This document shows positions 1-11,859 of a DNA stretch of 64,000 bases, one piece after another. Position 1 is the stretch's first letter, and each line of letters starts with the position of its first letter. Under the pieces are notes generated by a model. That model saw only the letters and a list, made by a program, of their open reading frames with translations, made no database searches and was not told the DNA's origin. The DNA is taken from assembly GCF_006345805.1 (NCBI RefSeq), contig NW_021835038.1, positions 5,416 through 69,415 on the forward strand. Direction: 5' to 3'. The DNA comes from Octopus sinensis (taxonomy: Eukaryota). A program made the translations under genes and the position numbers.

Positions 1-360
1 ATAAGAAGGAAGAATTAAAAAGCTTACTGATATTTTCTAATCTGCTCTGGTCCTTGGGGGTTCTTCCACAACTAATTGCTCTAGGACCCGGCTCTGGTCC
101 TTGGGACAGTTCATTAATATTAGCGATGAAATATTAGCAGTGAAGGGCAATAAAGTCTGATTTATAATTAATATTAAGATTATTAAAGCTATTATAATTA
201 AAGTTATTAATCTTTAGTAATAAATATATTTATTACTAATAATTAATTAATTAATTATTATTGTTGTTGTTGTTGGTCGTCTATCGACACGTCACTTCCG
301 TAAATTTGTTGTTATTCATATTGATACACATTGTTATACATTTGTTATCGCTACATATTC

Positions 361-545
361 TCTTATTCTTTTATTTGTTTCAGTCATTTGACTGCGGCCA
401 TGCTGGAGCACCACTTTTAGTTATCCTTTGTAAGCCTAGTACTTATTCTGTCGGTCTCTCTCGCCGAAACGCCAGGTTACGAGGACGTAAACACACCAGC
501 ATCGGTTGTCAAGCGATGTTGGGGGGGGACAAACAAAGACACACA

Positions 546-585
<40 letters not shown>

Positions 586-736
586 CATACATTATACGAC
601 AGGCTTCTTTCAGTTTTCCGTCTGCCAAATCCACTAACAAGGCTTTGGTCTGCCTGAGCTATAGTAGAAGACACTTGCCCAAGGTGCCACGCATTGGGAC
701 TGAACCCGGAACCATGTGGTTGGTAAGCAAGCTACT
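361..736 (-). mobile_element. SINE family A copy (tRNA-like head, internal TA/TG microsatellite, GTAAAAGA-type tail)
   Basis: Reverse complement of the family seen intact at 15979-16382, 39786-40218 and 44652-45047; head lacks the first bases. Confidence 0.85.
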
Positions 737-839
737 TTATTTTTTTATTTTTTTTTTAAATTGCCATAAAGACATGATACAGAGTAGGCTGGACAGAAAC
801 ATTGATGAGATGAATGATGAAATAAAATTATATTAATGG

Positions 840-2700
840 GAGAACACAAAAAACGCCTGCCGATTTTTTGCTTCTCTAAAACATTTTTTCACCACAAAAA
901 ACAAACGAGGTATTGAACCGCTTACTTCCGTTTTTACAATTTTTGGACTTAATAGTCCATTTACAAATTGAGGCGTTGAGCCTCTTACACAATTAAACGT
1001 TATAACACTGAGGCTTTTCAACCTCTTGTCAATTTTCCTCCCCAATATCGCTTGTGCTCGTATACTCCGCTATTACCCACGCATCGTTTAAAACCAAGGC
1101 GGGCTCTGAGTCGGCGTTGCCTGGCCACAAGCGATATTCCTCTTTGAGTCCCTCCAGCCTACGTATCACGGGCAACGTTATGGCCTCCACAGCTATCTGC
1201 GGAGGCCATTCGGGTTCCGGTTGAAAGTTAAATGTATTCCCTTATAGTGTTTTTCCACCACCTTTTCTACCCCTCCACCTCTGGCGGCACAATTCCTGCC
1301 AACGGTGTCTCTTTCTCTGCCGGTGGCACAACCGACGAGGTTACAACTTCCTCTGTAGGTGGCATGATTCCCACCGAAGAGGCACTGTCCCATTCTTTTT
1401 TCTCTTTTTCTTTTTTTATCTTTGGTGCGGGAGGGGTTGGCTCCGTCGCCATAACTGCAGGAACCTTGCTTCCTCCCACAACCTCGGGATCCCTCGGAGA
1501 ACAATAATTGTTGATCCTCTTCTTCCTTTTTCTCCCCTTTTTTCGGGGGAGGTTACTCTCTCCTCCCGGAGGAAGAGGGGGTTCTTCCACAACTAATTGC
1601 TCCAGGACCCTGCTCTGGTCTTTGGGACAGTTCTTCTTAATGTGGCCAGGCTCCAGGCACTGATGACATTTGGTGGGGAGGGGGCGCCTCTCAAGAACCA
1701 CCGGATACCTGGATCCGGCCATTCTAAAAAAATCTGGGAACACCAGATCATCAGCTGATTAGGTCCATAGGGTCAAAACTGCTTTTGACCCCAACCAATC
1801 AGCCGCAGGCATCATTTTAACATTCAAGAGCTTAGCTCCGCTTCCACCCAGACCCGTCGATTAGTGTCCTCTACCCACTCGGGCTCAATTCCGAGTGGCA
1901 GCCCACACACCCAAGCTCTTGTCAATTTCCTCCCACGATATGTGGGCAGAAACAGAATTTTCTCCCCTTTCAAGGGCTGGCTCGCAAAAATGCGAGCCTC
2001 CTCAGGGGTATCAAATAGCAACCACACTTGCATATTTGACACCCCTCGCAATAAACTTGATGGTTGGCAGGTATTCTGCGAACTCCTCAATATCTACTTG
2101 AGAGAACACAGTGATGGTGTCGAGGGACTTGGAATATGTCCTCAACACCACCGTTCTCTCATTAAGGTCCTTTACCCACTGCTTGGGGGGGAGGGGGGCA
2201 AAATTTCCCACTCCAAGACAGTGCTTTTTTATATTTTGCCATGCTTTGAAAAAAACAAAAAAAAAACACAGGAAAATGTTCAAAAAAAGTTCAAAATATT
2301 CAAATAAAAGTCCAAAGAAACACAAAGAAAGAACAGAAAGAGAAAGCAGAATAAAGAACGAAGACAGTTCCAGCACGGCAACACAATTCCGCCACTTAGG
2401 TAAGCCGGGTCCACAGGTAATCCACAAATAATCCACAGGTAATCCTCCAGAATATTGCTTCACACAGGTCTCCTGTTCACCGTAGCATAAAAAAAAAAAA
2501 ATTCGTCCACGAATAGATCAAATTTTATAAATTCCCAGACTTCAAACCCCTTGATGCAGGGTGCAGTTGAGCGAGAGACCAACAAAACTCCTTGTAACAC
2601 CAAAGATAAACTGAAGGCAAGGGTTATGGTAGCGCTCACCAACTTAAACAAGGAAACCACCCAGAAGAGTTGCAGGATATTCCAAAGTCATCTGGTGGCT
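840..2700 (-). mobile_element. 5' part of an L1/Tx1-like LINE: disrupted ORF1 (RRM-like region plus CCHC zinc knuckle) and the start of the ORF2 APE endonuclease
   Basis: ORF 1267..1743 contains CHQCLEPGHIKKNC (CX2CX4HX4C). ORFs 1824..2090 and 2011..2463 continue an RRM-like ORF1 across frameshifts. ORF 833..1045 has SVITFNCVRG, resembling the APE-start motif (T-x-N-V-R-G). Short tccacaggtaa repeats at about 2410-2445 lie in the presumed 5' UTR. Confidence 0.65.
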
Positions 2701-2867
2701 GTGGCTCAAGTCAATGGTGATTTCATTGAATTAATTTACTCTTTAGTATTCCAAAATATTTTAATGTAATTTTGGTAGATATATCTGTTAAAATGAGATG
2801 TCAGTATTATTTACATTTTTGCGTAATCTAGACGACAGTTTATTTATTGCACCCTATAAATATTTTC

Positions 2868-3050
2868 TTTTTATTCTTTTTACATGTTGACTCGGCCATT
2901 CTGGAGCACAGCCTTGAAGGGTTATTAGTCGAAGAAATTGACCCCAAGGCTTATTCTTTGTAAGCCAAGTACTTATTCTATCCACCAAGTTACAGTGACA
3001 TAAACACACCAGCATCAATTGTTAAGTGATGGCGAGGAACAAACACTGGC
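2868..3050 (-). mobile_element. SINE family A, 3' half
   Basis: ggccattctggagcac, cttattctttgtaagcc and aaacacaccagcatc match family A. Confidence 0.75.
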
Positions 3051-3652
3051 ACACGCACACACACACACACACACACACCACACACACACACACACACACA
3101 CCAAATATATTCATATATTCACAGAGGGAGCAGCCGTTTACACAGGAACGAGAAGGAGTAAACATTATGTCGATAAGTATTCTTTGTTAATTGTTTTACT
3201 AGATTTTTTTTACTAGTTTTATTCAATAAATCTATAACGAATATAGTAGTTTTTACTAAATCTTTTTAATACTATTAACTAAATACTATTTTTAAATACT
3301 ATTACATAAAATATGGTAATTCATACTTGTATAGATAGGGGTAAATCTTACACTAAATTATTAATTACCGTAATATTTATATAGATAGGTTGTAGGATTT
3401 GATTTGTTTATAGTATAGTCGTTGAAGGTTTCATTAGGTTTAGAATTTTCTATATATATACCGGTATTGTAATTTTAGGTGTTCAATTAAAAAAAATTTT
3501 TTAATTAAAATTTTTTTTAATTTAAAAAAAATATATTTGGAATTTATATATTTTTATTATATTTTTCTTCATATTTTTATTTTCCTATTTAATATGACTT
3601 ATAATACGTATTTTTAATTTTGATCCATTAGTAATAATAACAATAAGATAAA

Positions 3653-3734
3653 TAGCCTGAGGACGCACTGGTGGAATTATGTATTAGGTATGGCGTAAAG
3701 AAACAGCCCACCAGTGCAGAAACACGTGTAAGCT
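3653..3734 (+). ncRNA. Type I hammerhead ribozyme-like motif (H1)
   Basis: CTGAGGA 3657-3663; stem II gcactggtgg 3665-3674 / ccaccagtgc 3708-3717; GAAA 3719-3722; palindromic stem III ACACGTGT; GUA triplet; weak stem I agc/gct with one extra A. Confidence 0.6.
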
Positions 3735-3853
3735 GACTAAAAATATCTTCTTTCCCCACAGACTAATAACAGGATAGTTATATATATTTGCTCAAATATT
3801 TTTTCAAATAATTTTATTTTATTTTATAGTAGGTTTTGTAAATACCTATATTA

Positions 3854-3907
<54 letters not shown>

Positions 3908-3957
3908 GTTATTATTATTATTATTATTTTATTATTATTATTATTATTATTATTGTT

Positions 3958-4010
<53 letters not shown>

Positions 4011-4038
4011 CATCATCATTATTATTATTATTATTATA
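3854..4038. repeat. (ATT)n microsatellite
   Basis: Direct reading. Confidence 0.95.
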
Positions 4039-4140
4039 TTGGATATAACTTCTATGTGTATTCCATAGAATAAGGTTATCCTGATATAGGAGTTGTGTTT
4101 CTATTGGTAAAATTCCAAATTTGTAATAATTATATTCATA

Positions 4141-4300
<160 letters not shown>

Positions 4301-4301
4301 T

Positions 4302-4455
4302 ATACGGACGGGCTTTTCCAGTTCCCTCCTACCAAATTCACTCAAGGCTTTGGTCTGCCCGAGGCTAGAGTAGATACACTTGACCAAGGTGCCACGCAGT
4401 GGACTGAACTGGGAACCATATGGTTGGGAAGCAAGCTTCTTGCCATAACAGCCAC
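4302..4455 (-). mobile_element. SINE family A, 5' half
   Basis: caaggtgccacgcagtggactgaactgggaaccatatggttggga matches the reverse complement of the family A head. Confidence 0.8.
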
Positions 4456-4470
4456 GATATATATATATAT

Positions 4471-4512
<42 letters not shown>

Positions 4513-4514
<2 letters not shown>

Positions 4515-6520
4515 GTAACCACGCTGAAAAGTTTCCCGACCAACCTTGCACGAATAAAAAATTAACTCAAACTTCAACACTACCCAACGGAAAGAGGTTA
4601 ACTGAAAGGATGAGGAATTAACAATTAAAGAAGCCGATAAAGGGAGTGCGGTAGTAGTGATGGACACAGGCTACTACATAACCTAGTATTATCCATGCTG
4701 AATAATGAAGACTACTACGAAAAGATCGAAGACTACAATCCTCAAAGAATAATGACAAGTCTCTCGACATTAGTTCAACTACACGGAAAAGGCCTGACGC
4801 ACAACGAAATAGACTACATAACTAATTTTAAATGTAAGGGCATACCGAAAATTCAAAAAATTCATGAAGCAATTAAAAAATCACGGAAGTCATACAAACA
4901 TATACCAACACCAGGAGACCTTAAACTAAGGCTCATTATAGCCGGACCATCCTGCGAAACGCACCGACTGAGTTACTTAATTGACACCCTCTTGAAACTA
5001 CTTCTAAAATACATTAAATGTTACATTAGAGATGATTTAGACATGTTAAACCACCTCTCAAAAAGAGTAAAGGAAAAACACTTATGGTTTCCTTTGGTAT
5101 TGTAAACCTGTAAACTAATATCTCCCCATAATTATGGATTAGAAGCAACTCAGTTCTGTCTGGAAAAATATCCAGAAGAAATACCAGAACATATTAGCAA
5201 AGAGATCATAACTGAATCATTAAAATTTATTCTCCAGCAAAATCACTTCATTTTTGACACCACTGTATACTGAATGAAATTTGGAGTTTCGATGGGAACC
5301 AACGCAGCCCCCGTTTTGAAAACCTGACAATGGGCTATTTGGAACTAATAGTATATCAGAGGTCACTCACAAAACTCGGAAATCCCCTTTCCCAGTACGT
5401 AAAGGAAAATTGGAAAAGATACTTGGATGACTGTTTCATTCTATGGAATGAGAACATGGCAAAACTTTTGGAATTCAAATGACTTCTCAATAGCATAAAT
5501 ACAAATATACAATTCGGAATGGAATACAACAAAAAGGAACTCCGTTTTCTAGAGACTCTAATAAAAAAAAAGTAATGGAACATAACAAAAAGCAACTCAC
5601 TTTTGTAGATATACTAATCAACAAAGCTAATTTTAAAAAATAGAAACCAACATATTTTACAAAATTGCGAACTCGAAGCAATACTCATTATTTAGCTCAT
5701 GCCATCCGAGACATATTAAAATAAATATCCCATTCAATCTAGCGAGAAGAATCTGCACTATAGTGTCGGAAAAAGACACCAGAGAACTCAGACTACAAGA
5801 ACTTAAAAGCATATTCGTCGACAGACACTACCCAGCTTCGCGTATAGATGATGGGGTAAACATGCTAAAAGAATTGATATACAACCACTAAGAGAGGTCA
5901 AACAAAAAAACACACCACTATAAAGATATTACTTTATATTTTCACATACAACCCCAGAAACAACGAAGCATATAGCACTATTATCCAAACCCTTCCAGTA
6001 CTATATAAGGACCCTAAGCTGTATGAAATTCTACACACCCATAAAATTATTAAGTGTAACAAACAGCCAAATCCACTAAAGCGGATACAAATGCAAAACT
6101 GTACTAAAAAATAACAGAAGCAAGAGTTAAAAAAAAGTGGGCAACCGAACAGTGGAACATGTCCCAACCTAATGGAAGGCTCAGAATTCCGTTTTAAACA
6201 AGGACAAAAATTTAAAATTAAAACTGACTTCACTTGCGCCTCAGAAAATCTCATCTACGTCATATGTTCCGGCTACAGTAGTAACTATATAGGTTCAACA
6301 GGAATGTCCCTAAGACGTACAGCTACACTACACAGACAACAAACTACCACCCCAATACCGTTAAACGCCACTCAGTGGTCATATAGACAGATGTGCTAAG
6401 GAACGCCAACCACAATTTACAACATTCCCACTATACCAATGCACGGAAAGGACCTCAACTCAACAACGACTAAATAAAGAGGCTACATTCATTGAAAAAT
6501 TCAAACCAGAACTTAACATA
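4513..6520 (+). mobile_element. Decayed Penelope-like element (Neptune-like): RT plus GIY-YIG endonuclease, multiply frameshifted
   Basis: ADK-G-SAVVVMD about 4635-4665; GIPKIQK...LRLIIAGPSCETHRLS (ORF 4695..5105); GVSMGTNAAP about 5280-5310; WKRYLDDCFILW about 5412-5447; SCHPRHIKINIPFNLARRICTIVS about 5695-5767; FTCASENLIYVICSGYSSNYIGST (ORF 6172..6399); RLNKEATFIEKFKPELN about 6468-6518. Confidence 0.85.
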
Positions 6521-7353
6521 AATATATAATGGACTTCACAAATAAAACACCAACCGGAGATAAGAAAAGAAAGGATTTACCTCCCTTTAGCTAAGAAATA
6601 TTATATCCACTGATTACCCCTTTAGCTAAAAAACATTATACTCACTAATCATTCCCCCTTTCTCTCTTCCTTTCTCTAATTCTTTTTTCTCCTCTTCGCC
6701 CCCTTTCGTTTTCTCTCCCTCATACTTTTTCTCTAATTCTTTTTTCTCTCCTTCACCGTTTTTATCTATTTGTCTCTTTCCCTCTTCCTCCTTTACCCTC
6801 TCTCTCTCTTTCTCGTTGCTAACACGTGACCATCGCCCATCTTTCCTTTCCTCACGTGATCATCTTTCTTTTCCTTCGGTCTGTTGCACAGCCCAGACAC
6901 ATTCTTATCTGTCACCTCTCGTATCTTTTCTTTTATCAAAGAATCTTCTTCCAGCGTTCGCTACCTTACCTCGTCTGACCTAACGGCCCTCCCAGTCAGT
7001 TTTCGTTTTGTTTGATTTGTCGTATGCCCTGTTTTTGTTACCAACTTCGACCCTCCGCAAATCCCAAATTTTATTTTGGTGCCCAGGAGCAACTGTTCCT
7101 TGAAGACATATATCGTCGTGAATTGTTCGAAATGTTAAACAGTCGACAACTGATAAATGGTTGTTCTTCATGTTACTTGTCTTGTTTTCCATTTGTTCCT
7201 CTCGTTGTTCGCATACCCAAGTTTGTCTTCGTGTTTCATATTGTTTACGTTTTGTGACGTCCTGCACCCATATATGCATATACATATATACATATAAAAG
7301 TATGTACATATATGTATGTATATATGCATATATATATATGTATGTATATATAT

Positions 7354-7746
7354 ACTGTTTATATCTCGCTCAGAGATTTATTATTGTTTTCGAACGGTTT
7401 TTCTACATCAGTGACTATGGTTACTGTGAAAATCCTTATATATGCAGCCTGTAGAGAGAGTCCCTCATCGAAGAACGGTGCTTACCATACGTTGATAAGA
7501 GGCAATTACCTCGAAACCGGTCCGTATGTAGTATCCGTATCTTCGGGGAGGCTGATCTCCCTTTACAGGCTAGCAAGGACACCGTGATAGTGTCAGTCCT
7601 TCTGGTGACGTCGATGATCGCCTGGGGCTAAATGCATCAGTAACACCCCCACCACCCCGCCCTGTCCCTAGCCACATTCAGATGGCTGATCCCCCTTACG
7701 TATAGCAGTTACTGTTTTATATCTCGCTCAGAGATTTATTATTGTT
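7354..7746 (+). mobile_element. PLE-type terminal repeat / retrozyme-like unit with 36-bp terminal direct repeats (357-bp period) carrying a hammerhead
   Basis: actgtttatatctcgctcagagatttattattgtt at 7354-7389 recurs at 7711-7746; flanked by TA-rich microsatellite; contains H2. Confidence 0.55.
7486..7528 (+). ncRNA. Minimal type I hammerhead ribozyme with U3-A8 core variant (H2)
   Basis: Stem I catacg 7486-7491 / cgtatg 7523-7528; core TTGATAA 7492-7498; stem II gagg/cctc with caatta loop; GAAA 7513-7516; palindromic stem III ACCGGT; GUC triplet ending 7522. Confidence 0.75.
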
Positions 7747-7960
7747 ATATTAATATATATATATATTATATATATATATATATAATATTAAAATATTAGG
7801 GAATAAATCCAAACTTACAGGGAAAAATTAGATTTGGGATTAAATCCAATTTTATAGTATAAATATATATATTATATTATTATATTATATTAAATAGAGA
7901 TAAAACCACTATTAGGCAATCAAACAGTGGAAAACATAAGCTATATATATATATATAATA

Positions 7961-8334
7961 TACCATACTTGTATCAGTTATTAGACTACGGCCATGCTGG
8001 GGCACCACCTTCAAGTCTTTTTAGTCCAATGATTGGCCCCATATTTTTCTAAAAGCTTTGCACTTATTCTACAAACTAAGTTACGGAGACGTAAACACAC
8101 AAACACCGGTTGTCAACGGTGGTGGGCGAAAAACACAGACATGAAGACACACACACATGCACACACACATTTACATATACATACACGACTGGCTTCTTTT
8201 AGCTTTCATCTACCAAATCCACTCAATGTTTATTTGGCCGAGGCTATATTAAGAGACACCTGCATAAGGTTCCACATAGTGGGATTGAATATGGGACCCT
8301 GAAGCTGGGAAGCAAGTTTCTTATCATACAGCCA
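7961..8334 (-). mobile_element. SINE family A copy, diverged
   Basis: ggccatgctggggcacc...acgtaaacacac...ttatcatacagccac align to family A. Confidence 0.8.
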
Positions 8335-8964
8335 CTAGTTTACTGTTTTGTTAGTACTCCATCCAGTGAGGGATAGATATCTTTTAATATACACAGTATA
8401 AAGATACCAGCTACAAATAGTTACTTGCTTTGGAGACACGTATCTAAGCTGGTTTTTATAATACGCTTTGTATCTTGAAGTAATTTTCAGGCTCTGAGCA
8501 CATTGTCTATTCCATTTGAAAAACAGAACGCTTGTACATGAAAAGATCACAATAAAAAACGAGAAGGTTGATGCAAAAAGTGGACGGGTGAAAAATTGGA
8601 AAAGAAAGAAAACTGGAGTTACCTCCCCAAGGGCGATAAAAGTCATAATTGAACTAGTTGAAGAATAGATAAACGGTGTGGGGTCCAAAGTCTGCGAGAC
8701 AGCTGCTCAATCCTGAGAGGGTGGTGTTCTACAGTTCGCCAAAAAAAAAAAATAAATAAATAAATAAATAATAATAAATTTGGTAAAAATTTTGGTTCTG
8801 GAATTAAGGAGTGCAACGGAATCCTTTGATCGAAAAAGAATGCGTTATCTTTCAGCAAAGCTTAAGTTGCGTTTATTAGATCCATTTACATATGACAGGG
8901 ATTTTCCCTACGATTCTCCATTTGAATGTGTCGACCACCAGATAACCATACAATAAAAAAAAAC

Positions 8965-9453
8965 AATCATCATTATCATTGTCGTCGTCTTCTTCTTCTT
9001 CGTCGTCCTCGTCGTCGTCGTCATCATCATCATCATTCTCATCCTCATCAACGTCGTCATCGTCCTCGTATCATCATTGTCAACACACCATCAACTTTTC
9101 GTCCTCCTTCCTTCCTCTCCTCCTGCACCTCCCCTCCTCCTCCTCCTCCTCCTCCTCATCATCATCATCATCATCGACGTGGTGGTCGTCGTAGTTGTCA
9201 TCATTATCATCATTATTTTCACCATCGTCGTCACTGTCGTCGTTTTCGTCATCGTCATCATCACCACCACCACCACCACCACCACCACCGCCGCCATCAT
9301 TATTATCGTCGTCATCATCATCATCATCATCATCACCATCATTACCATCATCGTCATCGTTGACGTCATTTCTGTCGCCGTCGTTTTCGTCGTTATCACC
9401 GCTATCATCAACAACAATAATCACCACAGTAACAACAACAACAACAACACAAC

Positions 9454-9486
<33 letters not shown>

Positions 9487-9545
9487 GACAATAACAACAA
9501 TAACAACGGCAACAACCACAACAGCAACCACAACAACATCAATGA
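8965..9545. repeat. Compound (CAT/CGT/CCT/CAC/CAA)n trinucleotide array
   Basis: Direct reading; source of the poly-His/Ser/Thr ORFs. Confidence 0.95.
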
Positions 9546-9569
9546 TAACAGCCAGGAAGAAACTTATCC

Positions 9570-9798
9570 GGCAAGCTGGCAGAAACGTTAGCACGCCAAG
9601 CGAAATGCTTAGCGGTATTTTGTCCGCCGTTACGTTCTGAGTTCAAATTCCGCCGAGGTCGATTTTGCCTTTCATCCTTTCGGGATCGATAAATTAAGTA
9701 CCAGTTTCGCACTGGGGGCCGATGTAATCGACTTAATCCCTTTGTCTGTCCTTGTTTGTCCCCTCTATGTTTAACGCCTTGTGGATAATAAAGAAATT
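9570..9798 (+). mobile_element. SINE family B copy (B1 tail)
   Basis: gctggcagaaacgttagcacg head, gagttcaaattcc B-box-like motif, ttgcctttcatcctttcggg central block, aataaagaaat tail. Confidence 0.85.
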
Positions 9799-10159
9799 AA
9801 GAAACTTCTCCGTGGTCGCACGAACTGCTAGAAATCGCAGCCAAATCTCTCTCATATCTCACCCTAGAGACTTAAATATGATAGCAAGATAACACTAGGA
9901 ACTATTATCTTGGATACAATATGCTTCGAACGAAAAGTGCCTGTCAAGGACTGGAATACGTTTTGATGGAAGGCCTGCTTCCTCCATAAGAGATGTCTCA
10001 GGGTTAAACAAGAACCAGAAACCAGGATTTCCTCGTCTTTCAGCCAATGTAAACAATTAACTTCCTTTCATCCTATTTGAAAAATGTCACTTTTTCAAAT
10101 ACTTGTATGACCTGTGATTCTATAAAAATAAATAACCACGGCAGGCGTACATATGGTAA

Positions 10160-10222
10160 TACAATTATGTGTTGTGCGTGTGAGTGTGTTTGTGTGTGTG
10201 TGTGTTGTGTGTGTGGTGTATG

Positions 10223-10260
<38 letters not shown>

Positions 10261-10620
10261 ATATATATATATATATATAATATATATTATATAATATATA
10301 TTATATATATATATATACATATATATACATACTTATGTGTGTGTGTGTTTTTGTGCGTATGCGTGTGTGTACGTGTGTGCGTGTATGTGTGTGTTGTGCA
10401 TGTGTGCATGTATATATATATATATATATATATATAATATGCGTGTGGGTGTGTGTTGTAAGTGTATTTATGCATGTATGTATATGTGTACAATTCAGAC
10501 ACGCGCATACATAGAAGTGTGTGAGTGTGTGTGTGTGTTGTGTGTGTGGTGTGTTGTGTGTGTAGCTAGCAAGCCAGCTAGATAGATAGATAGACAGACA
10601 GATATTATATATTGATAGAC

Positions 10621-10664
<44 letters not shown>

Positions 10665-10665
10665 G

Positions 10666-10742
<77 letters not shown>
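10160..10742. repeat. Compound (TG)n-(TA)n-(GATA)n microsatellites
   Basis: Direct reading. Confidence 0.95.
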
Positions 10743-10765
10743 GTGTATATTCATGTGTTGGTATA

Positions 10766-10998
10766 CAGTAATCCCTCGACTATCGCGGATGTTACCTTCC
10801 CAAACCTCCGCGATAGGTGAAAACCCGCGATAGGTGAAAACCCGCGATAGGTGAAAACCCGCGAAGTAGAAAAAGTAGAATTTTTTCTTTCATTATTTTA
10901 AAAATTTGTATATATTTATTTTATTATAAATGCAAAATACCACAGAGGAATCGACGTAAACTTAAATAATAAACTGCGATATGGCGACCTCGTGTGTA
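10766..10998 (+). mobile_element. Tigger/pogo-family MITE remnant related to the 29550-32208 transposon
   Basis: TA then CAGTAATCCCTCGACTATCGCGG terminus; three tandem 17-bp ccgcgataggtgaaaac units 10808-10858; degenerate other end ctgcgatatggcga about 10975-10988. Confidence 0.7.
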
Positions 10999-11053
10999 CC
11001 GTTGGCGATTTTTTTCCCTCTGTCTTCCCTTCTCTGGATCTTTCCTTCTCTAT

Positions 11054-11088
11054 GTTTCTAACGAAGAGCTCCGCTCGAAACGTTAAAC
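11054..11088 (+). ncRNA. Degenerate minimal hammerhead motif (H3), core G5 mutated
   Basis: gttt-CTAACGAA-gagc-tcc-gctc-GAAA-CGTT-aaac; stems I and II pair, but the core reads CTAACGA. Confidence 0.5.
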
Positions 11089-11186
11089 TCTCCTTCTATC
11101 CTTCTTTCCTATATATACTATATTTGTTCCACGTCCTGGCGTTGTTGTGTTTTTTTTTGCTTTCTTGTTTGAATTAACTACATATA

Positions 11187-11228
<42 letters not shown>

Positions 11229-11231
11229 TCT

Positions 11232-11445
11232 TTTATCGTTTTTATCTTTACTTGTTTCATTCGTTAGACTACGACCATCATTGGGCGTTGCCTTGAATTT
11301 TTAGTCGAACAAACTGACTACGTACAAGTTTTTTTAAAAATCCTGATACTTATTCTATCGGTCTTTTTTTTTTCCAAAACGCTAAAATACGGGGTCGTAA
11401 ACACAGCAAGCTGGGGACAAATACAGACACGCACAATGACACACT
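11232..11445 (-). mobile_element. SINE family A, 3' half, diverged
   Basis: ttacttgtttcattcgttagactacgacc...tacttattctatcggtc...gtaaacacagca. Confidence 0.7.
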
Positions 11446-11498
11446 CGCACTCACACGCACACATGCGTGCGTGCATATATATATATATTATATATATA

Positions 11499-11541
<43 letters not shown>

Positions 11542-11804
11542 TATTTATTATATAGAAGGAGCTTCTACAGGACTAGAACTGTTTTCTTCAAGAGAAATCT
11601 TCAGGAATAATATTACATTATATATAAGGGCTTAGTAAAATAAATTACTTTGCCACACATACTGAACTCATTAGAAATAGCAGCTAAAGAAATTTCTTCA
11701 GCTATTTCTAATACTTAAAGAAGATCTCTCTCAGATAGTGTTTGCCTAAACCAACTCACAAAGGTATGGGGAAAAACATTAAAAAATCAAGTGCAAAGGT
11801 TATT

Positions 11805-11859
11805 TGAGAACGTACGTTTCTAGATTAGTCAATTCGACATTTCTTTCGTCGTCAGCTCA
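11805..11859 (-). ncRNA. Type I hammerhead-like motif (H4)
   Basis: Minus strand tgag-CTGACGA-cga-aagaaatgtcgaattgactaatcta-GAAA-CGTACG-TT-ctca; as H5 but with a 3-nt duplication after the core. Confidence 0.5.

Noticed and set aside
3190-3850. Mitochondrial insertion (very AT-rich segment)
   Set aside because: No mitochondrial gene, rRNA or tRNA motif recognised; the hammerhead suggests a PLE terminus instead.
8340-8930. Possible LINE or gene relic
   Set aside because: Complex sequence but no diagnostic motif in any frame; left unannotated.
11560-11610. Additional minus-strand hammerhead (CTGAAGA...GAAAACAGTTC)
   Set aside because: Stem II is incomplete and no stem I pairing was found; at most a remnant.
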